DNA of 64,000 nucleotides from Anaerolineales bacterium (GTDB lineage Bacteria > Chloroflexota > Anaerolineae > Anaerolineales > Villigracilaceae): NCBI GenBank assembly GCA_030834895.1, contig JAUQXA010000004.1:24442-88441 (forward strand). The letters run 5' to 3'. A program made the position numbers and the translations under genes. Below, in pieces: positions 48,422 through 57,429 of this stretch. Every line of letters begins with the position of its first letter. Positions within the stretch are counted from its first letter, which is position 1. The notes beneath the pieces were generated by a model. It searched no databases. It saw nothing but the letters and a program-made list of their open reading frames with translations, and had not been told where the DNA came from.

Positions 48422-49057
48422 GTGGAATCCATTGTATTTGTGATTTTTCTATTTGTGCTGGGATTCTGGCTTTTTAGACCAGTTCAACACGCCACAAGAA
48501 TTTCGAGAAAACCAAAACATAAACAATACGACGAAGATCGTTATGCCGATTATTTTATGAAGAGGGTTTCAGAGGTCTATAATCTCAAGGCAAGACCCAA
48601 GGAACCGTCGGAAGACGAAGAAGATGAAGGAAAAGTAGAATTGGAAAACAACATTGAATTCGAGGAAAAGGAAGACCCTTCTCCCACCTGGTCGAAGCAG
48701 CAACTTCAGTACGACCTCTATGAGATAGAGGATATAGAAGCTCGATCAAAATCCTTTGATACACTTTCACAAATTCTCGAAATAGTTGGCATTCTTTGGC
48801 TGTGTGGAATTATTTTCGCAGAGGCAAATTTTCCGAGCGCCAAATCCATCCTTGCAGATAAAACGCTGTTTATACTTATTATCAAAGTTTTCCCTGCGCT
48901 ATTGCTCATAGTTGCCATAATTGCGCGCATTCTCGGTATCAAGAGCAAGCCACCAGGGGATCGTGCGCTAGCGATTTTCCGCGGTGTCTTTTTGCTACTT
49001 CTCGGGATTGGGTATGTTATCAATCAATTATCTGGTTTTCTATCAAATTCAAAGTAA
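48422..49057 (+). CDS. Membrane protein (low GC)
   Basis: N-terminal TM, acidic linker, three C-terminal TMs. Confidence 0.65.
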   Translation: MESIVFVIFLFVLGFWLFRPVQHATRISRKPKHKQYDEDRYADYFMKRVSEVYNLKARPKEPSEDEEDEGKVELENNIEFEEKEDPSPTWSKQQLQYDLYEIEDIEARSKSFDTLSQILEIVGILWLCGIIFAEANFPSAKSILADKTLFILIIKVFPALLLIVAIIARILGIKSKPPGDRALAIFRGVFLLLLGIGYVINQLSGFLSNSK

Positions 49058-49059
49058 CC

Positions 49060-49341
49060 ATGCTCGCCACCCTCACCATTCACCTCCACCTTCCCCTCTG
49101 CACCTCGCTCAAAGAAAAGCGCGGACGGATCAAGCCGCTCGTTTCGCGCCTGCACCGTGAGTTCAATGTCTCAGTCGCTGAAATGGATTTACAGGACAAA
49201 TGGACGGAGTCAATTATTGCCTGCGCGATGATCAACTCCGATGCTGTGACGCTGGGACAGTCCATGCAAACGATTGAAAAATGGGTGGAAGCCAATTGGA
49301 CAGACGGTGACGTCTGGGACACGAAAATCGAAATCGTTTAA
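49060..49341 (+). CDS. DUF503 (YlxP-like) protein
   Basis: SLKEKR...FNVSVAE.D.QD. Confidence 0.88.
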   Translation: MLATLTIHLHLPLCTSLKEKRGRIKPLVSRLHREFNVSVAEMDLQDKWTESIIACAMINSDAVTLGQSMQTIEKWVEANWTDGDVWDTKIEIV

Positions 49342-49391
49342 TCCCCTGCGGGGTTTTATAATGTAACGAAAGTCAACCCAGGAGGCGTACT

Positions 49392-50318
49392 ATGAAAATC
49401 ATGGTCATGGGAAGCGGTGGAGTTGGGGCATACTACGGGGGCTTGCTCGCCAAACAAGGCAATGATGTCATCTTCGTTGCTCGCGGCGCTCATTTGCAGG
49501 TACTGCGGGAAAAAGGCTTGCAGGTCAAAAGTATCCACGGGGATTTCGACATTGTCCCCGCAAAGGCCGTGGAAAATCCAGCCGACGCTGGCATTGTGGA
49601 TCTGATTCTCTTCTGTGTCAAAACCTACAATACCGATGATGCGGCAAAAGCAATCCAACCCGTGGTTGGTCCGCAGACTGTGGTGGTCAGCTTGCAGAAC
49701 GGGATCGACGCGGCAGAACGGCTGGGAAAATATGTCAGCGTGGAACACATCCTCGGCGGCGTGACCTACATCTCGTCCGCGATTGAAGCGCCGGGTGTCG
49801 TCAAACAGATGTCGCAGTTTCGCCGCATCGTGGTTGGAGAATTGGGCGGTGGAGTCAGCCCAAGGGTGGAAAAGATTGTGGAAATGTTCCGTCCCACAGG
49901 CATTACCATCGAAGCCACTGAAGACATCCAAAAAATCCTGTGGACAAAGTATGTGTTCATTTCCTCGGCCAGTGGTTTGGGGTCGCTAACGCGCCTTCCA
50001 ATGGGAGAATATCGCGCCGTCCCTGAGACACGCGCCATGATCCTCGGTCTGATGAAGGAAGTGGAATCTGTTGCACAGGCATTGGGCATTGCGCTCGACC
50101 CGGACGTGGTGGAAAAGTCCATCAAGTTCATGGACGACGCCGCGCCGCACATCAAAGCCTCAATGCAACTCGACGTGGAGATGGGCCGCAAGACGGAATT
50201 GGAGGCGATGATCAGCGCAATCGGGCACAAGGGACGCGAGGCGGGAGTCCCCACGCCGATTGCAGACTTTATTTATGCCGCCCTGTTGCCAATCGAGTTA
50301 AAGGCGCGGGCGTCGTAA
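49392..50318 (+). CDS. panE: 2-dehydropantoate 2-reductase
   Basis: GSGGVG, LQNG, WTK, SMQLD...GRKTE. Confidence 0.92.
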   Translation: MKIMVMGSGGVGAYYGGLLAKQGNDVIFVARGAHLQVLREKGLQVKSIHGDFDIVPAKAVENPADAGIVDLILFCVKTYNTDDAAKAIQPVVGPQTVVVSLQNGIDAAERLGKYVSVEHILGGVTYISSAIEAPGVVKQMSQFRRIVVGELGGGVSPRVEKIVEMFRPTGITIEATEDIQKILWTKYVFISSASGLGSLTRLPMGEYRAVPETRAMILGLMKEVESVAQALGIALDPDVVEKSIKFMDDAAPHIKASMQLDVEMGRKTELEAMISAIGHKGREAGVPTPIADFIYAALLPIELKARAS

Positions 50319-50396
50319 TTTTTCCAAATTTGACATTTGTTGGATTGACCATTAAAATTAAAAAAAGTCTGTCGAGGTCTAGTGGACTGACGTAAA

Positions 50397-50527
50397 ATGC
50401 AACATCCAATACAATTCGCTTTTGTCTGCGATCCAATCACCGAGCAAGATGAAGCCATCCTGCCCTATGGTTATTATCGTCCCAAACGCCTGTGAACATC
50501 CTGTTCATCGGCGTTTTTGTTTTTTTG
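50397..50527 (+). promoter_or_regulatory. Putative leader peptide plus terminator (attenuator) upstream of cstA
   Basis: 32-codon uORF 50397-50495 ending LPYGYYRPKRL*, overlapping hairpin AAACGCC..TGAAC/GTTCA..GGCGTTT plus T-tract. Confidence 0.55.
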
Positions 50528-50682
50528 CGAAAATTCCCTTGTTGGGCAAGCCTTCACTGGCGGAAAGGAGTCTGTCTGGCTGAAAAGTTTCCCCTACCCC
50601 CGAGTCAGTCGTGGGAGATGGCGGCACGGACGACTCGCATTCAATTCTGCGCCATCCATTTTGTCATGAAGGAGGACGCGTT

Positions 50683-52566
50683 ATGAATACGCTTTGGATC
50701 GTTATCATCGCGGCGGCTGTCATTTACCTGGCATACAATTTTTATGCCAAACAAATCGACAGCAATATCATCAAGGCCGACGCGAAGAAAGCCACACCCG
50801 CCAAGTTGTATATGGACGGCGTGGATTTCATGCCTACCAGCCGCAACGTGTTGTATGGCTATCACTTCAAATCCATCGCGGCGGCGGGACCAATTGTGGG
50901 ACCTATTACCGCGGCGAATATCTGGGGCTGGGCCCCCGCGCTGGCATGGCTGCTGATCGGTGTTTCACTCATCGGCTGGGTTAGCGACTACACCGCCATC
51001 ATGGTGGCTGTCCGCAATGACGGCAACAGCCTGAGCGCCATCAGCCATCGGCTGATCGCGCCACGCACACGCTCGATCCTGTTCACATTCATTTTCTTTT
51101 ACCTGCTCCTGGTGGCTGGCGCATTCATGGGCATCATGTCAGCGCTGCTCGCCGCCCGCCCCGACGTGCCGCTTGGCATCATCATGCTTGGTGTCATGGG
51201 TTTTCTTGCGGGACAAATGCTATATAAGTGGAAGATGGACCTGATTCTGGTGACAGCCATTGTGGTCATCGTGACCGTCGCGGCAATGATGTTCGGTCCC
51301 TTTGGCGCGGTGAACGCCGAAGGCAAACTGGACTTCACCCAAGGACCCATCAGCTCTGCCGTGCTCGGATTCAACAAGGCAATTGATACCATCAGCGGTG
51401 GCAATGCGGTGATGGTTGTGACCGACCCGACCAACGCCGACCCGCGTGTCCCCGCCCCCGACGCGGAGGGCAAACGTGCCAGCACGGCGGTTTACAACGC
51501 CGATACAGGCGAGATCAAGACAATGCCTTCCTATCTGTTCTGGGCGTTGTTCCTGCTGGTCTTTTCGTACCTGGCGGCAACCCTGCCCATCTGGCGTTTC
51601 GCGCAACCTGTCAACTACATCGGCTTCTGGGTCACCCTGTTGACTATCGGTTTTAGCGCGCTCGGCGCGGTCCTCGCCCCATTCATCAAACCCGATATCG
51701 GAGCGTTTGCACTCGAACCTCTTAAGACTTGGGGCTTCGCCTATGACGCAACCAAGGCCTGGCAACCTCTTTGGCCCATGCTGTTTGTGACCATCGCCTG
51801 CGGCTCCATCTCAGGATGGCATGCCCTCATCGGCTCCATCGGCACAGCCCGCCAGTTGGAATATGAGACGGATGGTCTGCCCGTCGGCGGCGGTGCGATG
51901 TTCACCGAAAATACCCTCGCCCTGCTGGCGCTGGTGGCTGTTTCCATTGCGGGAACGGGCGGCGGCGCGGGACGTTTCGCGGCGGGAGTTGGCAGCCTGT
52001 TGACGGTTGTCTTCGGGGATGGCTTCAAGCTTTTTGGCACTGCACTGGGCTTCGGCGCCTTCATGGTCATCGTGCTGACCGTGACCCAGTTGATCTTCCG
52101 CGTGATGCGTGTCACCCTCTCCGAGTGGGCTGGCGAGGTGTTGCCCGCATTGAAGAACATGCACGTCTCGACCGTCACATCAATGATACTGACAACCCTG
52201 CTGGTCCTGACCGGCACCTGGGTCTATCTGTGGCAGTTGTTCGGCGCGGCGAATCAATTGATGGCGGCGCTCAGCCTGTTGATCGTAACCGTGTGGCTCA
52301 GGGAGCAGAAGAAGAATCCATCCTTCGCCTTGTGGCCAACGCTCTTTATGTACATTACAACATTGTTCGCCACACTGGTGACGGCGCGCAACCTGTTTGT
52401 GACCATTGTGCCAAAAGGCGGCTCCGCAGCGGCGGGTGCATGGGCAATGATCATCATTGCCTTGTTGTTGTTTGTGACCGCCCTGGTCATCGGCTGGGAC
52501 GGCTATCAGGCTTACCAACGTTACTCCAAAGCTCCTGAAAAGAAGGCAGCGGCAACGACTGATTAA
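50683..52566 (+). CDS. cstA: Carbon starvation protein A family transporter
   Basis: DGVDFMP, GYHFKSIAAAGPIVGP, LFVTIACGSISGWHAL, WQLFGAANQL. Confidence 0.92.
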   Translation: MNTLWIVIIAAAVIYLAYNFYAKQIDSNIIKADAKKATPAKLYMDGVDFMPTSRNVLYGYHFKSIAAAGPIVGPITAANIWGWAPALAWLLIGVSLIGWVSDYTAIMVAVRNDGNSLSAISHRLIAPRTRSILFTFIFFYLLLVAGAFMGIMSALLAARPDVPLGIIMLGVMGFLAGQMLYKWKMDLILVTAIVVIVTVAAMMFGPFGAVNAEGKLDFTQGPISSAVLGFNKAIDTISGGNAVMVVTDPTNADPRVPAPDAEGKRASTAVYNADTGEIKTMPSYLFWALFLLVFSYLAATLPIWRFAQPVNYIGFWVTLLTIGFSALGAVLAPFIKPDIGAFALEPLKTWGFAYDATKAWQPLWPMLFVTIACGSISGWHALIGSIGTARQLEYETDGLPVGGGAMFTENTLALLALVAVSIAGTGGGAGRFAAGVGSLLTVVFGDGFKLFGTALGFGAFMVIVLTVTQLIFRVMRVTLSEWAGEVLPALKNMHVSTVTSMILTTLLVLTGTWVYLWQLFGAANQLMAALSLLIVTVWLREQKKNPSFALWPTLFMYITTLFATLVTARNLFVTIVPKGGSAAAGAWAMIIIALLLFVTALVIGWDGYQAYQRYSKAPEKKAAATTD

Positions 52567-52572
52567 CAACAA

Positions 52573-52610
52573 ATAAGGGAGATGCGCACTTTGTGTCGCG
52601 TCTCCCTTAT
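52573..52610 (+). terminator. Hairpin after cstA
   Basis: ATAAGGGAGATGCG...CGCGTCTCCCTTAT. Confidence 0.55.
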
Positions 52611-52616
52611 CGCTGA

Positions 52617-52694
52617 TGTCATTTCGAGCAAAGCGAAGCAATCTCAAGTGGCGTGGAGATTTATTCGGCGGAAGAGCACCGCCTCACAATGATG
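52617..52694. repeat. REP-like palindrome (GTCAT..GAG...GCAATCTC/GAGAT...CTC.CAATGA family)
   Basis: Nested inverted repeats between convergent genes. Confidence 0.6.
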
Positions 52695-52703
52695 TTTAGG
52701 TGG

Positions 52704-53351
52704 TTACCGTTGACCAACCGCGCGCGCCAGTTCAACCAGTGACTGGAAATAATCCTTTGCATCCATCGTGCGGGGGTTGGGGAACGGAACGTGAACTTCA
52801 AAATTTGGCGCAGTCTTCCGCAAGCTGAAACGAACATAGCGCGGAGAAAGTGATTGTATGGGCGCGGCAAGCTGGTCGAGAGTTGTCGTCGCCAGGTCGA
52901 GCAATCCTTTTGGAGCCATCAGCCGCAAGCCGTGATAATCGGCGCCTTCCCATCCCCGCTCCGAGACCTGCTTCAAGGCGGTGCGCCCGCTCCACGCTTT
53001 TGGGTCCGCCAGTTCGAGGTCGAGAAGGGGAGGCGTGTTGAGGTAGCCGCGAAAGATCAAGACATCGTCGCGTCCCTGAAAGAATGCGAGGATTGTCATC
53101 CAAAAAACGTCGCGCGGCTTGAGGACGAGCAGCACGTCGAGGCGTTGAAAGGGACGTTTGGCTTTGGCGATTCCCATTTCCGCCACAGAGGTGCCAAGCC
53201 AACGGAAGGTAGTTCGCTGACCGATGAGCGGCAGGCCGTCCTGCATCCATTTGAGAAGCGCATCGCCCCTGCGCAGGTTGTAGATCATGCCCAGCGCGAA
53301 CCATCCCATAAAGATGGCGACCAGAATAATGACGATGTATTGTGAGTTCAT
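52704..53351 (-). CDS. Hypothetical protein with N-terminal TM
   Basis: 215-aa ORF with a hydrophobic N-terminus. Confidence 0.75.
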   Translation of the reverse strand: MNSQYIVIILVAIFMGWFALGMIYNLRRGDALLKWMQDGLPLIGQRTTFRWLGTSVAEMGIAKAKRPFQRLDVLLVLKPRDVFWMTILAFFQGRDDVLIFRGYLNTPPLLDLELADPKAWSGRTALKQVSERGWEGADYHGLRLMAPKGLLDLATTTLDQLAAPIQSLSPRYVRFSLRKTAPNFEVHVPFPNPRTMDAKDYFQSLVELARAVGQR

Positions 53352-53416
53352 TCTGACACCTTTTGCTATCGTTATATCGTTTCAAGCCTCGTGACTCGTA
53401 ACGCCATCAGTATAAT

Positions 53417-53716
53417 ATGAAAAACAACCAGTCTCAAACTGAAAACAAGCCGCGCCGCTGGCAGGCTGTGCGGGAATTCCTATTCGGCATGTTTGGCATG
53501 GAGTTTGCCGAACATGCGCTGGAAATGCGCGCCAGCCTGGAAAGCATGTTCATGTTGGGGACGGTGGGCGACATACTTGGCGTGCCGGTATTGCCCCCGT
53601 ACTACAGCCTGCGCCTTTTGCCTTACCTTGTCCCCCACCTTGCCACATGGAAGCGCCGCGTTTTACGCGAACGAGAGTTCAGCGACGAACACGACTATCA
53701 TCTTGAAGGATTGTAA
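53417..53716 (+). CDS. Small CstA/ArsA-associated protein, paralogue 1
   Basis: GD.LG.P.LPPYYSLRLLPY.VP....WKRR.LRE. Confidence 0.8.
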   Translation: MKNNQSQTENKPRRWQAVREFLFGMFGMEFAEHALEMRASLESMFMLGTVGDILGVPVLPPYYSLRLLPYLVPHLATWKRRVLREREFSDEHDYHLEGL

Positions 53717-53778
53717 ATTGCGGGTCACGTTTTCGACGTGGCTTTGTCTTGAGACCATTTCAGAAAGGATGCAATGCA

Positions 53779-54057
53779 ATGAGCGATAATCCCGAACAAC
53801 CCAAAAAGAAAAGTTTTTTGCAGAACATGCAGGAGATAATCTACGGCATGGCGTCGCACGACATGAGCCGTTACGCGCTGCGGACGCGCGCCAGCATGGA
53901 ACATCTCTTCATCCTCATCACCATGGGTGACATGATCGGCATCCCGATCCTGCCGCCGTATTACAGCCTGCGCCTGCTGCCATATGTGGTGCCGCAGATC
54001 TCAACCTGGAAGAGACGCCTGTTGCGTGAGAAGGACGTCTCGGATGCAATGTTCTAA
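53779..54057 (+). CDS. Small CstA/ArsA-associated protein, paralogue 2
   Basis: Same LPPYYSLRLLPY motif. Confidence 0.8.
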   Translation: MSDNPEQPKKKSFLQNMQEIIYGMASHDMSRYALRTRASMEHLFILITMGDMIGIPILPPYYSLRLLPYVVPQISTWKRRLLREKDVSDAMF

Positions 54058-54078
54058 ACCAAAGACCAGGAGACCCTC

Positions 54079-55053
54079 ATGTCCCTCAAACAAATTTTTG
54101 AAGAACATCCCGAACGACGTTACATCATGTTCGGCGGTAAGGGTGGGTTGGGCAAGACCACCTTCTCCGCAGCAACCGCCTATTGGCTGGCATCGCAGGG
54201 CAAGAAGGTGTTGGTCTTTTCCGTGGACCCACAAGCCAGTCTCTCCGACATTTTCCAAAAGGACATCTTTGGCAAGGGTCCCGTCAAGATCATGGAAAAC
54301 CTGTGGGCGCAGGAAATCGATGCCGATCAGCACATCAAGAACTACCAGAATGAAATCCGCCAGAAGATTCTGGACATGTATGGATTCGAGAAGGTGCCCG
54401 ACGAGATCGAACAGTACATTCAGGCGGCTTCGGCGGAGCCTGCCATGGAGGAAAGCGCCATCTTCGACGCGGTGGTGGACATCGTGGTTGGCGGCGATTA
54501 CGATTACTACATCTACGACCTCGTACCGCTTGGTCATGCGTTGTATTACCTGAGCATGGCAAAGGTATACGATGAGTGGATCAACAAGATTACCAAGTTA
54601 CGCGAGGAGATGCGCGAATACGAGGAAATGGTCTCCCGCATGAAACGCGAGAAGGAGACGGAGGAGGATCAGATCCTTACGGAACTCCAGTTCATCCGCA
54701 CGCGCATCAACGCCTCGTCAAGCATTCTGACCGATAAGGAAAAGACGGGCTTTTTCTTTGTGGTCATCCCCGAAGAAATGATTCTGATCGACACCGCCAA
54801 AGCGGCGGAGCTGTTCGCCAAGTTCGATGTGCCAATCATGGGTTACGTGGTCAATCGCGTGGTGCCCCACGACCTGCTTCAACAAAATATCCCAGCTTAC
54901 CTGAAAAACCGCATCGAGATGCAGGACAAGTATCTGGGCCAGATCAAGACCACATTCGGCGAACAGGTGGCGGCTCACGTCCCCGAACTGGAACGCGATG
55001 TGACCGGCTTGGATATGATTCGGCAACTGGCTGAAATCATGTATGGGAAATAA
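54079..55053 (+). CDS. ArsA/Get3-family ATPase (copy 1)
   Basis: GKGGLGKTT, SVDPQAS, PAMEE, DLVPLGH. Confidence 0.92.
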   Translation: MSLKQIFEEHPERRYIMFGGKGGLGKTTFSAATAYWLASQGKKVLVFSVDPQASLSDIFQKDIFGKGPVKIMENLWAQEIDADQHIKNYQNEIRQKILDMYGFEKVPDEIEQYIQAASAEPAMEESAIFDAVVDIVVGGDYDYYIYDLVPLGHALYYLSMAKVYDEWINKITKLREEMREYEEMVSRMKREKETEEDQILTELQFIRTRINASSSILTDKEKTGFFFVVIPEEMILIDTAKAAELFAKFDVPIMGYVVNRVVPHDLLQQNIPAYLKNRIEMQDKYLGQIKTTFGEQVAAHVPELERDVTGLDMIRQLAEIMYGK

Positions 55054-55065
55054 GGAGAAGCAGCC

Positions 55066-56046
55066 ATGAAAAGCATCGAAACTTCCATGCAGGCTTACGT
55101 CAAGGAACATGATTCCCTGCGTTATCTCTTCTTCGGCGGCAAGGGCGGCGTGGGCAAAACCGCCCTTGCTGGCGCGACCGCCATCTGGCTGGCGAAGCAG
55201 GGCAAGCGCGTCATGCTGGCATCCACCAACCCTGTCCACAGCCTGAGCGGATTGCTCGGACAAAACGTCTTCGGCAAGGCGACGCCCGTGAATGGTGTGC
55301 CAAATCTCTGGGCGTACGAGATCGATACCAAGGACACCATCGAACGTTCCAAGCAGGAAATCCGCGAAAAGATTCAATGGTTCCTCAAGTTCGCGGATAT
55401 TTCCACCAAAGCCGAGGACTTCGTCGAGTCGGCGACGATGAACCCCGCCTTCGAGGAATCCGCCATGTTCGAAAACATGGTGGACCTGATGCTGAGCGGC
55501 GAATATGACGTGTACGTCTTCGACACCGCACCAACCGCCAATGCGCGGCGCTTGCTCGGCATGTCGCAGGTCTATTCGCTGTGGGTCAACAAGATGATGA
55601 AGAGCCGTGACGAAGCCCGATCCCTGCGCGAGCTGCTTTCCTTCACGAAGAAGAAGGAAAAAGACCCGCTGATGGATTACCTGATCGCCTTCCGCGACCG
55701 CATGGGCAAAGCCCGCGAAATGTTGACCGACCCGGCCCGAACGTCCTTCTTCTTTGTGACTCTGGCGGAGGCGCTGCCCATCGCGGTCATCACACGCTTC
55801 ATCGGCTGGTTCCATGACTTCGGAATCCCTGTCGGCGGTGTGGTGGTCAACATGCTGATTGACAAGAATCAAGTCAACGACAGCTCGCCCGATTTCGTCA
55901 AAAACCGCGTGGCGATGCAGGATCGCTACATGGACGATATCTGGGAAAAGTTCGACGGCATGGTACGCGCCAAGCTCCCGCTTTACGAGACTGAAGTGCG
56001 CGGCGTGGAATCGCTCAAGCGCATGGCGGACGGTTTGTTCGTGTAA
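55066..56046 (+). CDS. ArsA/Get3-family ATPase (copy 2)
   Basis: GKGGVGKT, STNPVHS, PAFEE, DTAPTAN. Confidence 0.92.
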   Translation: MKSIETSMQAYVKEHDSLRYLFFGGKGGVGKTALAGATAIWLAKQGKRVMLASTNPVHSLSGLLGQNVFGKATPVNGVPNLWAYEIDTKDTIERSKQEIREKIQWFLKFADISTKAEDFVESATMNPAFEESAMFENMVDLMLSGEYDVYVFDTAPTANARRLLGMSQVYSLWVNKMMKSRDEARSLRELLSFTKKKEKDPLMDYLIAFRDRMGKAREMLTDPARTSFFFVTLAEALPIAVITRFIGWFHDFGIPVGGVVVNMLIDKNQVNDSSPDFVKNRVAMQDRYMDDIWEKFDGMVRAKLPLYETEVRGVESLKRMADGLFV

Positions 56047-56056
56047 AGTACGTCAA

Positions 56057-56317
56057 GTGGCAAACAACTCAGGTCCCATCCACGCACTTCGTGAAGTCCT
56101 TTACGGCATGGCGATTCACGACCAGGTGCGTACTTTGACAAAACAACGCGGCAGCCTGGAACATCTCTTCGTGCTAATCAGCTTTGGGGACGTGATTGGT
56201 CTGCCCGTCCTGCCGCCATATTACAGTCTGCGCCTGCTGCCTTTCGTCGTCCCGCTCATCAACAACTGGAGGAGGCGCATGTTGCGTGAGCGGGACTTGA
56301 TGGATATAATTTTCTAA
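56057..56317 (+). CDS. Small CstA/ArsA-associated protein, paralogue 3
   Basis: GTG start; LPPYYSLRLLPF motif, WRRRMLRE. Confidence 0.75.
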   Translation: MANNSGPIHALREVLYGMAIHDQVRTLTKQRGSLEHLFVLISFGDVIGLPVLPPYYSLRLLPFVVPLINNWRRRMLRERDLMDIIF

Positions 56318-56326
56318 CCACCTTAC

Positions 56327-56357
56327 ATGCGGTCTCTGGCAAAACCAGAGACCGCAT
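56327..56357. repeat. REP-like hairpin or terminator
   Basis: ATGCGGTCTCTGG-CAAAA-CCAGAGACCGCAT. Confidence 0.6.
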
Positions 56358-56416
56358 CGCATCTTGGGTGAATACAGTACAATAAGGCAATTTCCTATTT
56401 CGAGAAGGAGGAAGAA

Positions 56417-57208
56417 ATGGACCTACGACTCAAAGATAAACGCGCCCTGGTCACCGGCTCATCCCGTGGACTGGGCTACGCCACCGCGCTGGCTCTGGCG
56501 AAGGAAGGCTGCAAGGTCGCCATCAACGGGCGGGATGAGGCGAAGATCAAGTCCGCCGCCGAAAAGATGAGCAAGGAAACAGGCACGCGGGTTATCGGGT
56601 TGGCGGGCGATGTGAGTCTGCCTGATGTGCCTGAAAAATTGGTTCAACAGACTGCCGAAGCTTTTGGCGGCTTGGACATCCTCATCACCAACGCGGGCGG
56701 ACCTCCACCCGGCTCTATCGATTCGCTCGATGAAGCCGCCTGGCAAAAAGGCGTGGACTTATCCCTGATGTCGCACGTCCGCCTGATCAAAGCCGCCATG
56801 TCTCACCTGCGGAAATCCGATTCGCCAAGTGTGTTGACGGTGACTTCGATGTCGGTTAAACAGCCGATCGCCAACTTGCTTTTGTCGAACAGCGTCCGCA
56901 TGGCAACGATTGGCTTGACCAAATCGCTGGCGCTCGAACTTGGCGCGGAGGGAATCCGCTTCAACTCAATTTTGCCGGGCTGGACGGAGACCGAGCGAGT
57001 CACCGAGTTGATGACCGCAAGAGCGAACACGAACAAATCAACCGTCGAGGAAGAAATCAAGAAGCAGTCGGCGCAAAGTCCGCTTGGGAGGTTGGGGCAG
57101 CCCGAAGAGTTCGCCAACGCCGCCGCCTTCCTCGTCTCGCCCGCCGCTTCCTACATCACCGGTGTCATGTTGAGCGTGGATGGCGGGATGTATAAAGGTA
57201 CTTTGTAA
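56417..57208 (+). CDS. SDR oxidoreductase
   Basis: TGSSRGLG, TNAGGPP, VDGG. Confidence 0.93.
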   Translation: MDLRLKDKRALVTGSSRGLGYATALALAKEGCKVAINGRDEAKIKSAAEKMSKETGTRVIGLAGDVSLPDVPEKLVQQTAEAFGGLDILITNAGGPPPGSIDSLDEAAWQKGVDLSLMSHVRLIKAAMSHLRKSDSPSVLTVTSMSVKQPIANLLLSNSVRMATIGLTKSLALELGAEGIRFNSILPGWTETERVTELMTARANTNKSTVEEEIKKQSAQSPLGRLGQPEEFANAAAFLVSPAASYITGVMLSVDGGMYKGTL

Positions 57209-57234
57209 TTTACGATTTTAGATTGGAGAAAACC

Positions 57235-57426
57235 ATGAACACAGAAAACAAAAAAGTATGCCTGAACTGCGAACGCACTGATGAAGTCATTCCGCTGCTG
57301 CAACTGACCTTCAAGGGCGAAACAAAACTCATCTGCCCGCAATGCCTGCCGACCTTGATCCACAAGACTCATTTGCTTGCCGACAAGCTACCAGGCGCAG
57401 ACCTGACGCCCACTGCGGATCATTAA
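57235..57426 (+). CDS. Small zinc-ribbon protein
   Basis: CLNC...CPQC; GGAG RBS. Confidence 0.7.
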   Translation: MNTENKKVCLNCERTDEVIPLLQLTFKGETKLICPQCLPTLIHKTHLLADKLPGADLTPTADH

Positions 57427-57429
57427 TCG

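Noticed and set aside
47202-49341. Integron cassette array
   Set aside because: No recognisable attC (RYYYAAC...GTTRRRY) palindromes between the genes and no intI
54079-56046. Arsenite resistance ATPases
   Set aside because: No metalloid-binding cysteines and no arsR/B/C/D; the context is cstA
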